Shown here: piece by piece, positions 1 to 7,792 of the stretch
Position numbering within the stretch: the first letter of the stretch is position 1
Layout of the letters: every line of letters starts with the position of its first letter
NCBI GenBank assembly: GCA_003526375.1
Contig: DPDG01000050.1
Coordinates: 52,283-116,282 of the forward strand
Reading direction: 5' to 3'
DNA: 64,000 bases
Source: Lentisphaeria bacterium
Lineage (GTDB): Bacteria; Verrucomicrobiota; Lentisphaeria; Victivallales; UBA1829
The notes under the pieces: model-generated
The model's database searches: none
What the model was told of the DNA's origin: nothing
The model's input: the letters and a program-made list of their open reading frames with translations, nothing else
Position numbers and translations under genes: made by a program

Positions 1-325
1 CGGGCCAGGTCGTCTGCACCTGCGTGATCGAGGCGAGATAAACGTAGAAGCCGAGCGCCGCCATCACGCCGATGATCAGCCGCTGGGCGGAAAGCGTGCC
101 GTCCGTCACATAAACCACGACAAGGATCGCAAGAAACGGCAGGGAAAGCACCGACGAAGAAAGCGGGAAATCCAGACTCTGATACCCGATCAGCATCCGC
201 AGTCCGGTCGCACCGGCGAACTGGGTGAAGATCAGGAGAACTCCGGCGGCGATGTAGAACGGAGTCGCGCCGAGCACTTTGCGCAAGCCGTGAAGAATCA
301 GCAGTCCCACGAGAATGAAAGTCAT
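1..325 (-). CDS. Polytopic membrane protein, 5' part only (continues beyond the left edge)
   Basis: Absent from the ORF track because it has no stop in the window. Reading the reverse strand from ATG 325..323 gives MTFILVGLLILHGLRKVLGATPFYIAAGVLLIFTQFAGATGLRMLIGYQSLDFPLSSSVLSLPFLAILVVVYVTDG..., open down to position 2. It has helix-length hydrophobic runs and lies on the same strand 56 nt downstream of mcsB. Family not recognised. Confidence 0.45.
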   Translation of the reverse strand, partial: MTFILVGLLILHGLRKVLGATPFYIAAGVLLIFTQFAGATGLRMLIGYQSLDFPLSSSVLSLPFLAILVVVYVTDGTLSAQRLIIGVMAALGFYVYLASITQVQTTWP

Positions 326-381
326 CTCAAGAATGGTGAGACAGCATCCGTAAAAGATTTCCACCGTATCCGTTTCCTTTT

Positions 382-1446
382 TTATTCCTGAAGGAATTTT
401 CTCAACAGCGCCGCCCTGACGACATCCCGGTTCTCCTGATTCAGCTCATGCCCTTCGTATTTCTGAAGATGCGCCGCCTGCACCAGAAGGAAAAGCTCGT
501 TGACCGTATGAATATTCACAGACTGAAACATATTCAGATCCACCCCAAGCCGCAGGGCGGAAAGGGAATTCAGGGATTCGTCTCCGGTGATGATATAGGA
601 ATGCTTCAGCAGGCCGTAAGCGCGTCCGATATGGTTCATCAGGTAGCACTGGCGGTTCGCAAGAAGCAGGGCGCGCGCTTTCTTCTCATGGGCGATGATC
701 TGCGAAATCACGGTGGAAAGCCGCCGGATGATCTGATCTTCGCTCTCTCCGAGTGTACTCTGGTTGGAGATCTGGTAAAGATTGCCGAGAGTCTGGCTGC
801 CCTCCCCGTAAAAGCCACGCACCGCGAGCCCCAGCTTGTTGACTCCCTGCACGACAGCCTGAATCTGATTCGTCAATACAAGCCCCGGCAGGTGGAGCAT
901 GACCGACGCACGCATTCCGGTGCCGAGATTCGTCGGGCAGGAGGTCAGATAACCGAATGTTTTATCGAAAGCAAACGGAAGCTGCACTGAAAGTTCGTCG
1001 TCAAGACGGTTGATCTGCTGCCAGATCTCATTCAACTGAAATCCGGGGGCAAGCACCTGAAGCCGCAGGTGATCCTCCTCGTTGATCATGACGAATGCTC
1101 CCTGTTCCCGGTTCGTCACCAGCCCGGAACCGTGGCGCGGATTCAGAAATTCACGGCTGATCAGGTGCCGTTCCAAAAGAAAACGGCGATCCAGTTCAGA
1201 AAGTTCATCCACCCTGAACACGCTGGTATTGGAATCTTTCATCGAATCCACCTTTCCGAGAGCGCTGAACACGGAATCGCGGATTCCGCCAAGGGTGGCG
1301 TCGTCGGAACGGATCGGAAAAGGCTCCCCGGATAAATTTCGTGCAAGGCGAATCCGGCTGCTGATCGCAATGTCATCCTCCGGTCCGTTGTCCATCAGCC
1401 AGCAGACAGGCTGCCGGAACAGGTTGTCGATCTGTTCATCCGGCAT
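382..1446 (-). CDS. mcsB: Protein arginine kinase McsB (ATP:guanido phosphotransferase family)
   Basis: Guanidino-kinase active-site signature CPTNLGTGMRASV. McsB-like N-terminus GPEDDIAISSRIRLARNL. Also NEEDHLRLQ. I moved the start from the track's TTG (1464) to ATG 1446, which is preceded by GGGGAGG. Confidence 0.9.
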   Translation of the reverse strand: MPDEQIDNLFRQPVCWLMDNGPEDDIAISSRIRLARNLSGEPFPIRSDDATLGGIRDSVFSALGKVDSMKDSNTSVFRVDELSELDRRFLLERHLISREFLNPRHGSGLVTNREQGAFVMINEEDHLRLQVLAPGFQLNEIWQQINRLDDELSVQLPFAFDKTFGYLTSCPTNLGTGMRASVMLHLPGLVLTNQIQAVVQGVNKLGLAVRGFYGEGSQTLGNLYQISNQSTLGESEDQIIRRLSTVISQIIAHEKKARALLLANRQCYLMNHIGRAYGLLKHSYIITGDESLNSLSALRLGVDLNMFQSVNIHTVNELFLLVQAAHLQKYEGHELNQENRDVVRAALLRKFLQE

Positions 1447-2002
1447 GGCTGTCCTCCCCGTCAAGCTCTTTTTTCAACTCTATGATTCTGTCCCGGAGAA
1501 CAGCGGCTTCTTCATACTCCTCATTCCTGATCCGCATTTCCAGCTCCTGCTGGCAGTCGGCGATCTTCTTGCGGAGAGCTACTTTCTCAATCACATCCTC
1601 GGTCTTATGGTTCGTTTCATGATTTTGCGGAACCTTTCCGAGATGAGTGCATCCGCGGTGCATGTTTCCCAGCACGCCGGCAAGCGCTTCCGAAAAAACA
1701 AGATAACAGTCGGGACACCCCAGGCGCCCGGTCTTGCGGAAACGTTCCGTATCCCAGCCGCAGGTTCCGCATTTCACGGCGGCGGCAGGCGCGGCGTCTT
1801 CGGGAGCGTCCGCACTCTCCGCAGCTTTCTCATTCGTGAAATTATAAAGCATCTCGGCAAGGTTGAAACTCTGGAGAATCGGCTCTGTTTCCGCTTTCTT
1901 CGAGGCGCATTCGCCGCAAAGGTGAAACACCTTCTTCTCGCCGTTGATGATTTCCTGCACATGAATCGTGGCAGGATTCTTATTGCAGATCTGGCACAGC
2001 AT
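1436..2002 (-). CDS. mcsA: McsA-like activator of protein arginine kinase (zinc-finger pairs plus UVR motif)
   Basis: Paired Cys motifs CQIC...CGEC and CGTC...CPDC. C-terminal UVR-type helix EEYEEAAVLRDRIIELKKEL. It overlaps the mcsB start by 11 nt, which suggests translational coupling. Confidence 0.8.
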   Translation of the reverse strand: MLCQICNKNPATIHVQEIINGEKKVFHLCGECASKKAETEPILQSFNLAEMLYNFTNEKAAESADAPEDAAPAAAVKCGTCGWDTERFRKTGRLGCPDCYLVFSEALAGVLGNMHRGCTHLGKVPQNHETNHKTEDVIEKVALRKKIADCQQELEMRIRNEEYEEAAVLRDRIIELKKELDGEDSHAG

Positions 2003-2024
2003 GGAAACAGCTCCTTGTCAAAAT

Positions 2025-2753
2025 TCAGAATGAAACGTTCACATCTCCGCTGAGCGTGTGCGGCGGCGGGACAATAAAACAGCCGGAGGTGTTGTTCCAG
2101 TCACGGTCCCAACTGTTCAGCATCAGAGGATCGGTCGGGGGTCCCCACGGATTGACATCGACAATCAGAATTTTACCGCTGGCGGTAAAGTAGATGTCCA
2201 TCGCGCAGTCGCGCATTTCCAGAATCGGAGCAATTTCATTCACGAATTTTTCAGCCTTGGACCAGTAGGCATCTTTCAGCTTCACCAGACGCCGGAAGTG
2301 GCGGATCAGCCAGTATTGGCTCATTGCCAGCAGTTTGCCTTCGCGGATGAAAAGCCGGTATTCACGGGTCACATCCATGCGGCGGAACGGGCGGACACAG
2401 ATGCAGGAAACGGTTCCGGCGGCAGCGGCATTGCGCACTTTCGAACTCTCGGCAAGAACCGCCCATGCGCTTTCCGCAGAACTTACCGCACCGCGTTTCT
2501 TGAGAAAACGCTCCGTATCGGTGGGAGCGGCGGAATCCACGGAAACGAAACGCGAACCGCTGAAAGTTCTCAACGCAAGCTTCAATCTCGGAATCAGGGC
2601 GGCGACCACGGCTCCGGAAGTCTCGCCTGCGGCAAGAGCGGCGATTTCGGCATCTTTCAGGGTCAGGAACACAGCAGGGAAACTGTTTGAGGACAGCTTC
2701 GGATACCAATCCTGCATTCTGAAAAAGTCATAGTTCTTTACAATGAATCCCAT
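2025..2753 (-). CDS. Cdc123/D123-family ATP-grasp-fold protein
   Basis: Full-length resemblance to eukaryotic Cdc123. Matching boxes are DWYP near the N-terminus, RFVSVDSAAPTD, EYRLFIREGKLLAMSQ and DIYFTASGKILIVDVNPWGPPTDPLMLNSW. ATG 2753 is preceded by AGAAGGTGA. Confidence 0.7.
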   Translation of the reverse strand: MGFIVKNYDFFRMQDWYPKLSSNSFPAVFLTLKDAEIAALAAGETSGAVVAALIPRLKLALRTFSGSRFVSVDSAAPTDTERFLKKRGAVSSAESAWAVLAESSKVRNAAAAGTVSCICVRPFRRMDVTREYRLFIREGKLLAMSQYWLIRHFRRLVKLKDAYWSKAEKFVNEIAPILEMRDCAMDIYFTASGKILIVDVNPWGPPTDPLMLNSWDRDWNNTSGCFIVPPPHTLSGDVNVSF

Positions 2754-2769
2754 GCTTCACCTTCTTTCG

Positions 2770-3720
2770 TTAAAATATGTCTTCATCATCCTTTTTCGGC
2801 GGATTCAACTGCTTCTGAATACGGCTGAACACCACCAGATGATAAGTGAAAAATGCAATGAAAAATACCGTCTGGAAACTCAGGAACGGAACTCCGATTC
2901 CGGAAAGCAACGCGGCAATAATCAGCGGAGGAACCGCCGCATACACCGTAATGACCAGAACCGTCCGGAAACTCATTCGGCGCTCCTGTGCGTTGGATGA
3001 CCAGAAATACTGCGCCAGCGCAAAGAAGAAAACCGTAAAAACTCCCAGCATGGACATCCCGAAAAATGCCATGCAGAATATCACGAAAGCCACGCCGGAA
3101 ATCATCTGCCCGGCAACAACAGACGGGTTGTCAACGGAATAACCGTCCGGCCAGAGAGACAGGTTTCCGATTTTCTCTCCTTTTTTCAAACTGAAACCGT
3201 CCGCCAGATACGTGCCGAGCTCGGCTTTCGATTCCATGAGCCGCATCATCGGAATTTTCTTTGCCAGATCGCCGTCCGGCACCGAACTCATCACCATATA
3301 TTGCTCATGTGCTGCATCCGGCATACTGCGGAACCACGTGATGATTGCGCGGTCCAGCAGGACAATCCCGCAATCGGAATCCCACTTTTTTACAGCATCC
3401 GCCTGAAACGTGCCGCCGGGAAAATAATCAAGCCGCATCATCGGATTCAAAATGTAGCTTTGAACATGATCGGGATTCTTCAGGAGACGAATTCCCGCAT
3501 CCTTTGAAATCTTCACTCCGCCGACCTGTTCGAAAAGGACATTGCAAACACGTTTGATCTCCCTGCCGATGAAATAAGAGTTCACTGCGGCAAGAGAGAA
3601 AGAAAGCAGAAAGATCAGCAGGACAAAATGAAAAAACGCGCGCCAGAGGGAACGGTTCATCAATTGCAGAAATACCGTCGTTCCGGTGCAGACTTGAAAC
3701 ACTGTCCTGAAAAAATTCAT
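2770..3720 (-). CDS. Membrane protein of unknown function
   Basis: N-terminal TM (FFHFVLLIFLLSFSLAAV), an about 190-aa non-hydrophobic middle and several C-terminal hydrophobic helices. It begins 3 nt after the def stop, which suggests it shares an operon with def. No family recognised. Confidence 0.6.
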   Translation of the reverse strand: MNFFRTVFQVCTGTTVFLQLMNRSLWRAFFHFVLLIFLLSFSLAAVNSYFIGREIKRVCNVLFEQVGGVKISKDAGIRLLKNPDHVQSYILNPMMRLDYFPGGTFQADAVKKWDSDCGIVLLDRAIITWFRSMPDAAHEQYMVMSSVPDGDLAKKIPMMRLMESKAELGTYLADGFSLKKGEKIGNLSLWPDGYSVDNPSVVAGQMISGVAFVIFCMAFFGMSMLGVFTVFFFALAQYFWSSNAQERRMSFRTVLVITVYAAVPPLIIAALLSGIGVPFLSFQTVFFIAFFTYHLVVFSRIQKQLNPPKKDDEDIF

Positions 3721-3723
3721 AGG

Positions 3724-4341
3724 CTAGGAAACCAGTCGTTTAATTGTATAATCTTTATTGCCGGACTTTCTGATGATCTTTTCCAGCTCCGGCAGCATCT
3801 CCTCGAAATCCGGCGATTTCACTCTCTGGACATACACCACGCCGTCCAGATGGTCAAGCTCATGCTGAATCGCACGGGCAAGAAGCCCGCCGCAGTCCAA
3901 CTGAATCATCGGTCCGTCCAGAATCTGCGCCTTCAGCACGACCGAAACCGGACGCTCCACCGGAGCATAAACTTTCGGAACGCTCAGGCACCCCTCTTCA
4001 CGGGTCTCCAGCGCTTTGGAAAAAGAAACGATCTCCGGATTGATGAGCACAACCGGCATCTTCGGGCAAAGTTCCATTTCACCCGGAGAAAGCGGCATGA
4101 CAACATTGCCCGCCTTGTCCGTCGGCGGATCGACATGCAGAGCAACCATGCGCAGAGTCACACCGACCTGCGTTGCGGCAAGCCCGATTCCATCTTTTGC
4201 ATACATCGTCTCAATCAGCTTTTTCCCGAACTCGCGGATTTCATCGTCAATTTTCTGAACCGGCTTCGCCTTCACATGCAGAACCCTGTCCCCGAGCGTC
4301 CTGACGGACATCACTTTCTTTTTGCCTATATTAAGCATCAT
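3724..4341 (-). CDS. def: Peptide deformylase
   Basis: All three PDF motifs are present: GIGLAATQVG, EGCLSVP and HELDHLDG. GAGGTGAA RBS before ATG 4341. Confidence 0.93.
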   Translation of the reverse strand: MMLNIGKKKVMSVRTLGDRVLHVKAKPVQKIDDEIREFGKKLIETMYAKDGIGLAATQVGVTLRMVALHVDPPTDKAGNVVMPLSPGEMELCPKMPVVLINPEIVSFSKALETREEGCLSVPKVYAPVERPVSVVLKAQILDGPMIQLDCGGLLARAIQHELDHLDGVVYVQRVKSPDFEEMLPELEKIIRKSGNKDYTIKRLVS

Positions 4342-4352
4342 TTCACCTCAAA

Positions 4353-5945
4353 TTACTGCGCAGCCGGAAGCGCAAGCGTCTTTCTGATCCGGACCGCGCA
4401 CGCCGCCGTCCCGATCACCGCCGCGGTTTCATACATACTGCCGCCGACCGTCACACCGGTCACAGCGACACGCAACGGCTGATTGAGCTTGCACGCGCCC
4501 ATGCCGTTCTCCTCCTCCACTTTGCGCAAAGCCGTCTCGACTTCGGCGTCCGTCATGGAGGGGCTCTTTTCAAAAAGATCGGCAAGCATGGCAAGCGCCT
4601 TGCGCGTCGTCTCGTCCGAAAGCAGTTTACGGAATCCTTTCGGATCGTATTCCAGTTCATCCGTAAAGAAGTATCTCCACGAATTCACATCCTGATACGT
4701 TTTCGTGCGCGACTGCATCAGAGCCGCCACCTTGCGGAAAAGTTCACGATCCGCATCGGCACGCCAATCCCAGCGGGCGGCAAAATCCCAAACCTCGGAC
4801 TCGAATCTCTCAAAAGGCATCTCGGCAATATACATGCCATTCATATTCGCCAGTTTCACAAGGTCGAACTGCGCAGGAGAACGCTGGGCGCGGTCAATCG
4901 AAAAAGCCTCGATCAGCTCCTGCTTCGTCATTTTCTCGCGGTTGTCGCCGGGAGACCATCCCAGAAGCGAAAGGTAATTGAACAACGCCTCCGGCAGGAA
5001 ACCTTTCTCGCGGAAATCACCGACGAAGGCATCCCCGTCCCGCTTGCTGTACGGTTTTCCGGCGGCGTTGACCAGCATCGGCAGATGCGCATAGGACGGC
5101 GGCGTGAAACCGAGTGCCTGAAACAGGAAAAGATGACGGTAGGTGTTCTCCACATGGTCGTCGCCGCGCACAATATGCGTCACCCGCTGTGTCACGTCGT
5201 CGCAGACATTCGCAAGGTGGAATACAGGGCTTCCGTCGCTGCGGATGATGATCAGATCCTTGATTCCGTCCAGCGGCTTCGCCAGTTCGCCTTTCACAAG
5301 GTCATTGTAAAAAGCTTCGCGGCGCGTAAACTCGAAAGCGGCGGCGCCTTCGATCACTTTCGGCTCGGCAAGCCCTTCGATCTCTCTGATATTGGAGGAG
5401 TCCAGCGTGAAAATCACATTTCCGGCGGAATCGAAAACATTCAGATCCTTGAATCCGGCAAGGCCGCCGGCATTCTCAACGGTTTTGCCCTTGTGGTTGA
5501 CTGTCGACCAGATCAGTCCGGCGCGTGAAACGGAGAAAACGGAACCGGGCGCAAGCTCGGTCCTGATGCGTCCGCACTGACGGACAAACGGATAAGAGTC
5601 GCACTCATACGGCAGACGGAACAGAACCGGAGATCCGTTCTGTCCGGGGTTCAGCTCGTAGGCGTAACCTTTGGCAATCAACTCGCGCGCCGCCTCCTTG
5701 TGATGCCCGCTCTGCGAGGTCTGATACATCACTTCCCCGTCGTAGTCCAGACCGAGCCACTTCATGCATTCAAAAAGTGCATCGATCGCCTGTTTCGTGG
5801 AACGTTCGAGGTCCGTATCCTCAATGCGGAGAAGAAACTCCCCTCCGCAGTGCCGGGTGTAAAGCCAGTTGAAAATGGCGGTTCTGATGTTGCCGATGTG
5901 TACCTGCCCCGTAGGGGAAGGTGCGAATCTGGCTCTGAAATCCAT
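4353..5945 (-). CDS. gltX: Glutamyl-tRNA synthetase
   Basis: RFAPSPTGQVHIGNIRTA (HIGH region), LRIEDTDLERS and a KMSKS-like PYSKRDG. The start is trimmed from 6029 to ATG 5945 (MDFRARFAPSPTG), where class-I GluRS N-termini begin. Confidence 0.92.
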   Translation of the reverse strand: MDFRARFAPSPTGQVHIGNIRTAIFNWLYTRHCGGEFLLRIEDTDLERSTKQAIDALFECMKWLGLDYDGEVMYQTSQSGHHKEAARELIAKGYAYELNPGQNGSPVLFRLPYECDSYPFVRQCGRIRTELAPGSVFSVSRAGLIWSTVNHKGKTVENAGGLAGFKDLNVFDSAGNVIFTLDSSNIREIEGLAEPKVIEGAAAFEFTRREAFYNDLVKGELAKPLDGIKDLIIIRSDGSPVFHLANVCDDVTQRVTHIVRGDDHVENTYRHLFLFQALGFTPPSYAHLPMLVNAAGKPYSKRDGDAFVGDFREKGFLPEALFNYLSLLGWSPGDNREKMTKQELIEAFSIDRAQRSPAQFDLVKLANMNGMYIAEMPFERFESEVWDFAARWDWRADADRELFRKVAALMQSRTKTYQDVNSWRYFFTDELEYDPKGFRKLLSDETTRKALAMLADLFEKSPSMTDAEVETALRKVEEENGMGACKLNQPLRVAVTGVTVGGSMYETAAVIGTAACAVRIRKTLALPAAQ

Positions 5946-6079
5946 GATGCTGCTCCTTGAAATAAAGTATGCGCAAAAGTTGTCTGGACCTTTGCGCCGC
6001 TGAAAAATAATACAACTATAGTTTGACAATCAGGCTCCGCAGGAGTTCCCCTCCGGAGCCGTCTGCACGGTAAAAACAA

Positions 6080-7510
6080 TTAATATTCACCCGTTGCCGC
6101 GGTAAGCTGAGCTTTGGCGTTATGCATGTTGATGACATAGGTCGCCAGAGAAGTCTCGGCATTGACGAGGTCACGCTGAGCTTCATTCAAACGGGTCAGC
6201 TCGGTATTGCCGGCGCGGTATTCCTCCTCCACAAGGTCACGGATCTTCCGGTAAAGTTCCAGGCTTTTCTGTGAAATCTTGACCTGCTTCAGGCATGTCA
6301 GATAATTATCATATGCGGTTCTGACTTCGGCAACCACGGTAATCCAGGTATTTGCCAGAGAGTAGTCGCTCTGAAGCATTGCCGCCTGATAATTTCTCAT
6401 CGTGAAAAACGTCTTGCCGCCGCTGAACAGTTCCCAGGAAACATTGCCGCCGTAATTGAAGTTGAAAGACTCATACTTCTGAGTGTTGCTTCCGCCTTTA
6501 CTGCGCAGTTCAGACCCGTCGTAAGCTTTGGTGCGTGTCTGCCCCACGGTATAACCGACACTGGCATTGAAAGAAACCGTCGGGCCGAACGAACAGATCG
6601 ATCCCCAGTAATTGTATTTGGCGACTTCCAGAGCCTCGCGGTAGGCTTTGAGGTCGGGACGGTTCGCCAGCGCGGTATCAAGGTAAACGGCAAGAGTGGA
6701 AAGCACTTCTCCGTCGGGAGACGGCACTCCGGGGAACTGGATTTCTTCAGGAATCGTTCCTTCGGTCAGCCCCATCAGTTGCGCCAGAGCGTATTTGGAG
6801 GCGGCAAGCTGATACTGTGCCGCATACAAATCAGACTCTGCGGAGTTGTAATATGCCTTGAAGTTGAGCACGTCGCTCAGGGGAACCGCGCCGACTTCGA
6901 ACTTCAATTCATTTTCTTTCAACTGCGAATTCTGGAACTTCATGTTTTCCTGAGCGATCTTTATCTGGGCTTTCGCAAGAAGGATGTCATTGTAAGTATA
7001 GGCGACAGTCCTGATGAGGATACGTCTCGCATCCAGCTCCAGCGCTTCGCTCTGTTTCCAGTTGTGCCGCGCGGCAAGGAGGTTCATTTCTCTCACGAAA
7101 GAGTCGAACAGCAGCCAGTTCGCGCTGGCGCTCGGCGTATTTTCAAAGGTTCTGGAACCGTTCTGCGTGATGCCGTACACATTGTTCGGTTCATTGAAGC
7201 TCTGCTGAATCGAATAACCGGCGGTAATGGTGGGCATGTAAGGAGCAAACGCCGCATAATATGCCGCGCGCGCTCCAACAACCGCGAAATACTTCGTTTT
7301 GAAGTCGGGGTTGTTCTGGACGGCGAGGTTCTGAGCGTCTTCCAGCGTCAGAAGCTTCTGTGTAATATCCAGCTTCTGGTGTTCCGCGCCGGGAATACTT
7401 GTGAAAGCGCTTCTGGAGACCGCCACCGGCGGTTTCGGGTAAGAGGTGCACCCTGCGAGGATAACGAGCCCCGACAGAGCAAATGCTGCTGCAATCCGTT
7501 TCTTGTCCAT
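6080..7510 (-). CDS. Outer-membrane efflux protein (TolC/NodT-type lipoprotein)
   Basis: Signal peptide plus lipobox (LVILAGC). Two OEP-type repeats with typical openings LTLEDAQNLAVQNNPDFK and NRPDLKAYREALEVAKYN, and long Q/A/L-rich helices. The start is trimmed to ATG 7510 (MDKKRIAAAF). Confidence 0.85.
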   Translation of the reverse strand: MDKKRIAAAFALSGLVILAGCTSYPKPPVAVSRSAFTSIPGAEHQKLDITQKLLTLEDAQNLAVQNNPDFKTKYFAVVGARAAYYAAFAPYMPTITAGYSIQQSFNEPNNVYGITQNGSRTFENTPSASANWLLFDSFVREMNLLAARHNWKQSEALELDARRILIRTVAYTYNDILLAKAQIKIAQENMKFQNSQLKENELKFEVGAVPLSDVLNFKAYYNSAESDLYAAQYQLAASKYALAQLMGLTEGTIPEEIQFPGVPSPDGEVLSTLAVYLDTALANRPDLKAYREALEVAKYNYWGSICSFGPTVSFNASVGYTVGQTRTKAYDGSELRSKGGSNTQKYESFNFNYGGNVSWELFSGGKTFFTMRNYQAAMLQSDYSLANTWITVVAEVRTAYDNYLTCLKQVKISQKSLELYRKIRDLVEEEYRAGNTELTRLNEAQRDLVNAETSLATYVINMHNAKAQLTAATGEY

Positions 7511-7702
7511 TTCGTAAAAATCCTTTAGCCTGTTTATAAAAAGCCCTACGACCTGCTGTTTTGCTACCCATCTACTTATAAAGAGGGTATTATACACTTA
7601 TTTTTGCGCTAATTCAAACCTGATAACCCTCTGAAATGCTTTTTTTATTAAATTATTTTACTCCTGAAATAAAATTCTCATCCATTTTTCTTCTGAAAAC
7701 GT

Positions 7703-7746
7703 AAAAAATCCGGGGAACAATCCAATACGCTGTTCCCCGGATTTTT
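7703..7746 (-). terminator. Intrinsic terminator after the large secreted-protein gene (A-tract/T-tract flanked, potentially bidirectional)
   Basis: Perfect 12-bp stem ATCCGGGGAACA (7708-7719) / TGTTCCCCGGAT (7731-7742) with an 11-nt loop. It is flanked by AAAAA upstream and TTTT downstream. Confidence 0.75.
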
Positions 7747-7792
7747 CGATCCTTTATTGATATCAAAGATTTTTAAATAATTGTCACAGGAA

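Noticed and set aside
5946-6029. N-terminal extensions in the ORF track. Track start versus my start: gltX 6029 vs 5945; OMF 7597 vs 7510; pseudopilin-like 12501 vs 12372; cyclo-ligase 17374 vs 17476; glmS 21633 vs 21747; bPH protein 26375 vs 26297; carB 29816 vs 29714; radical-SAM fusion 31508 vs 31634; esterase 35356 vs 35287; rfbA 50049 vs 50136; nitroreductase 57695 vs 57806; purF-like 60198 vs 60141.
   Set aside because: The longest-ORF starts add non-homologous leader peptides, often overlap the neighbouring gene, and lack an RBS. The internal ATGs coincide with conserved family N-termini and/or have Shine-Dalgarno sequences.
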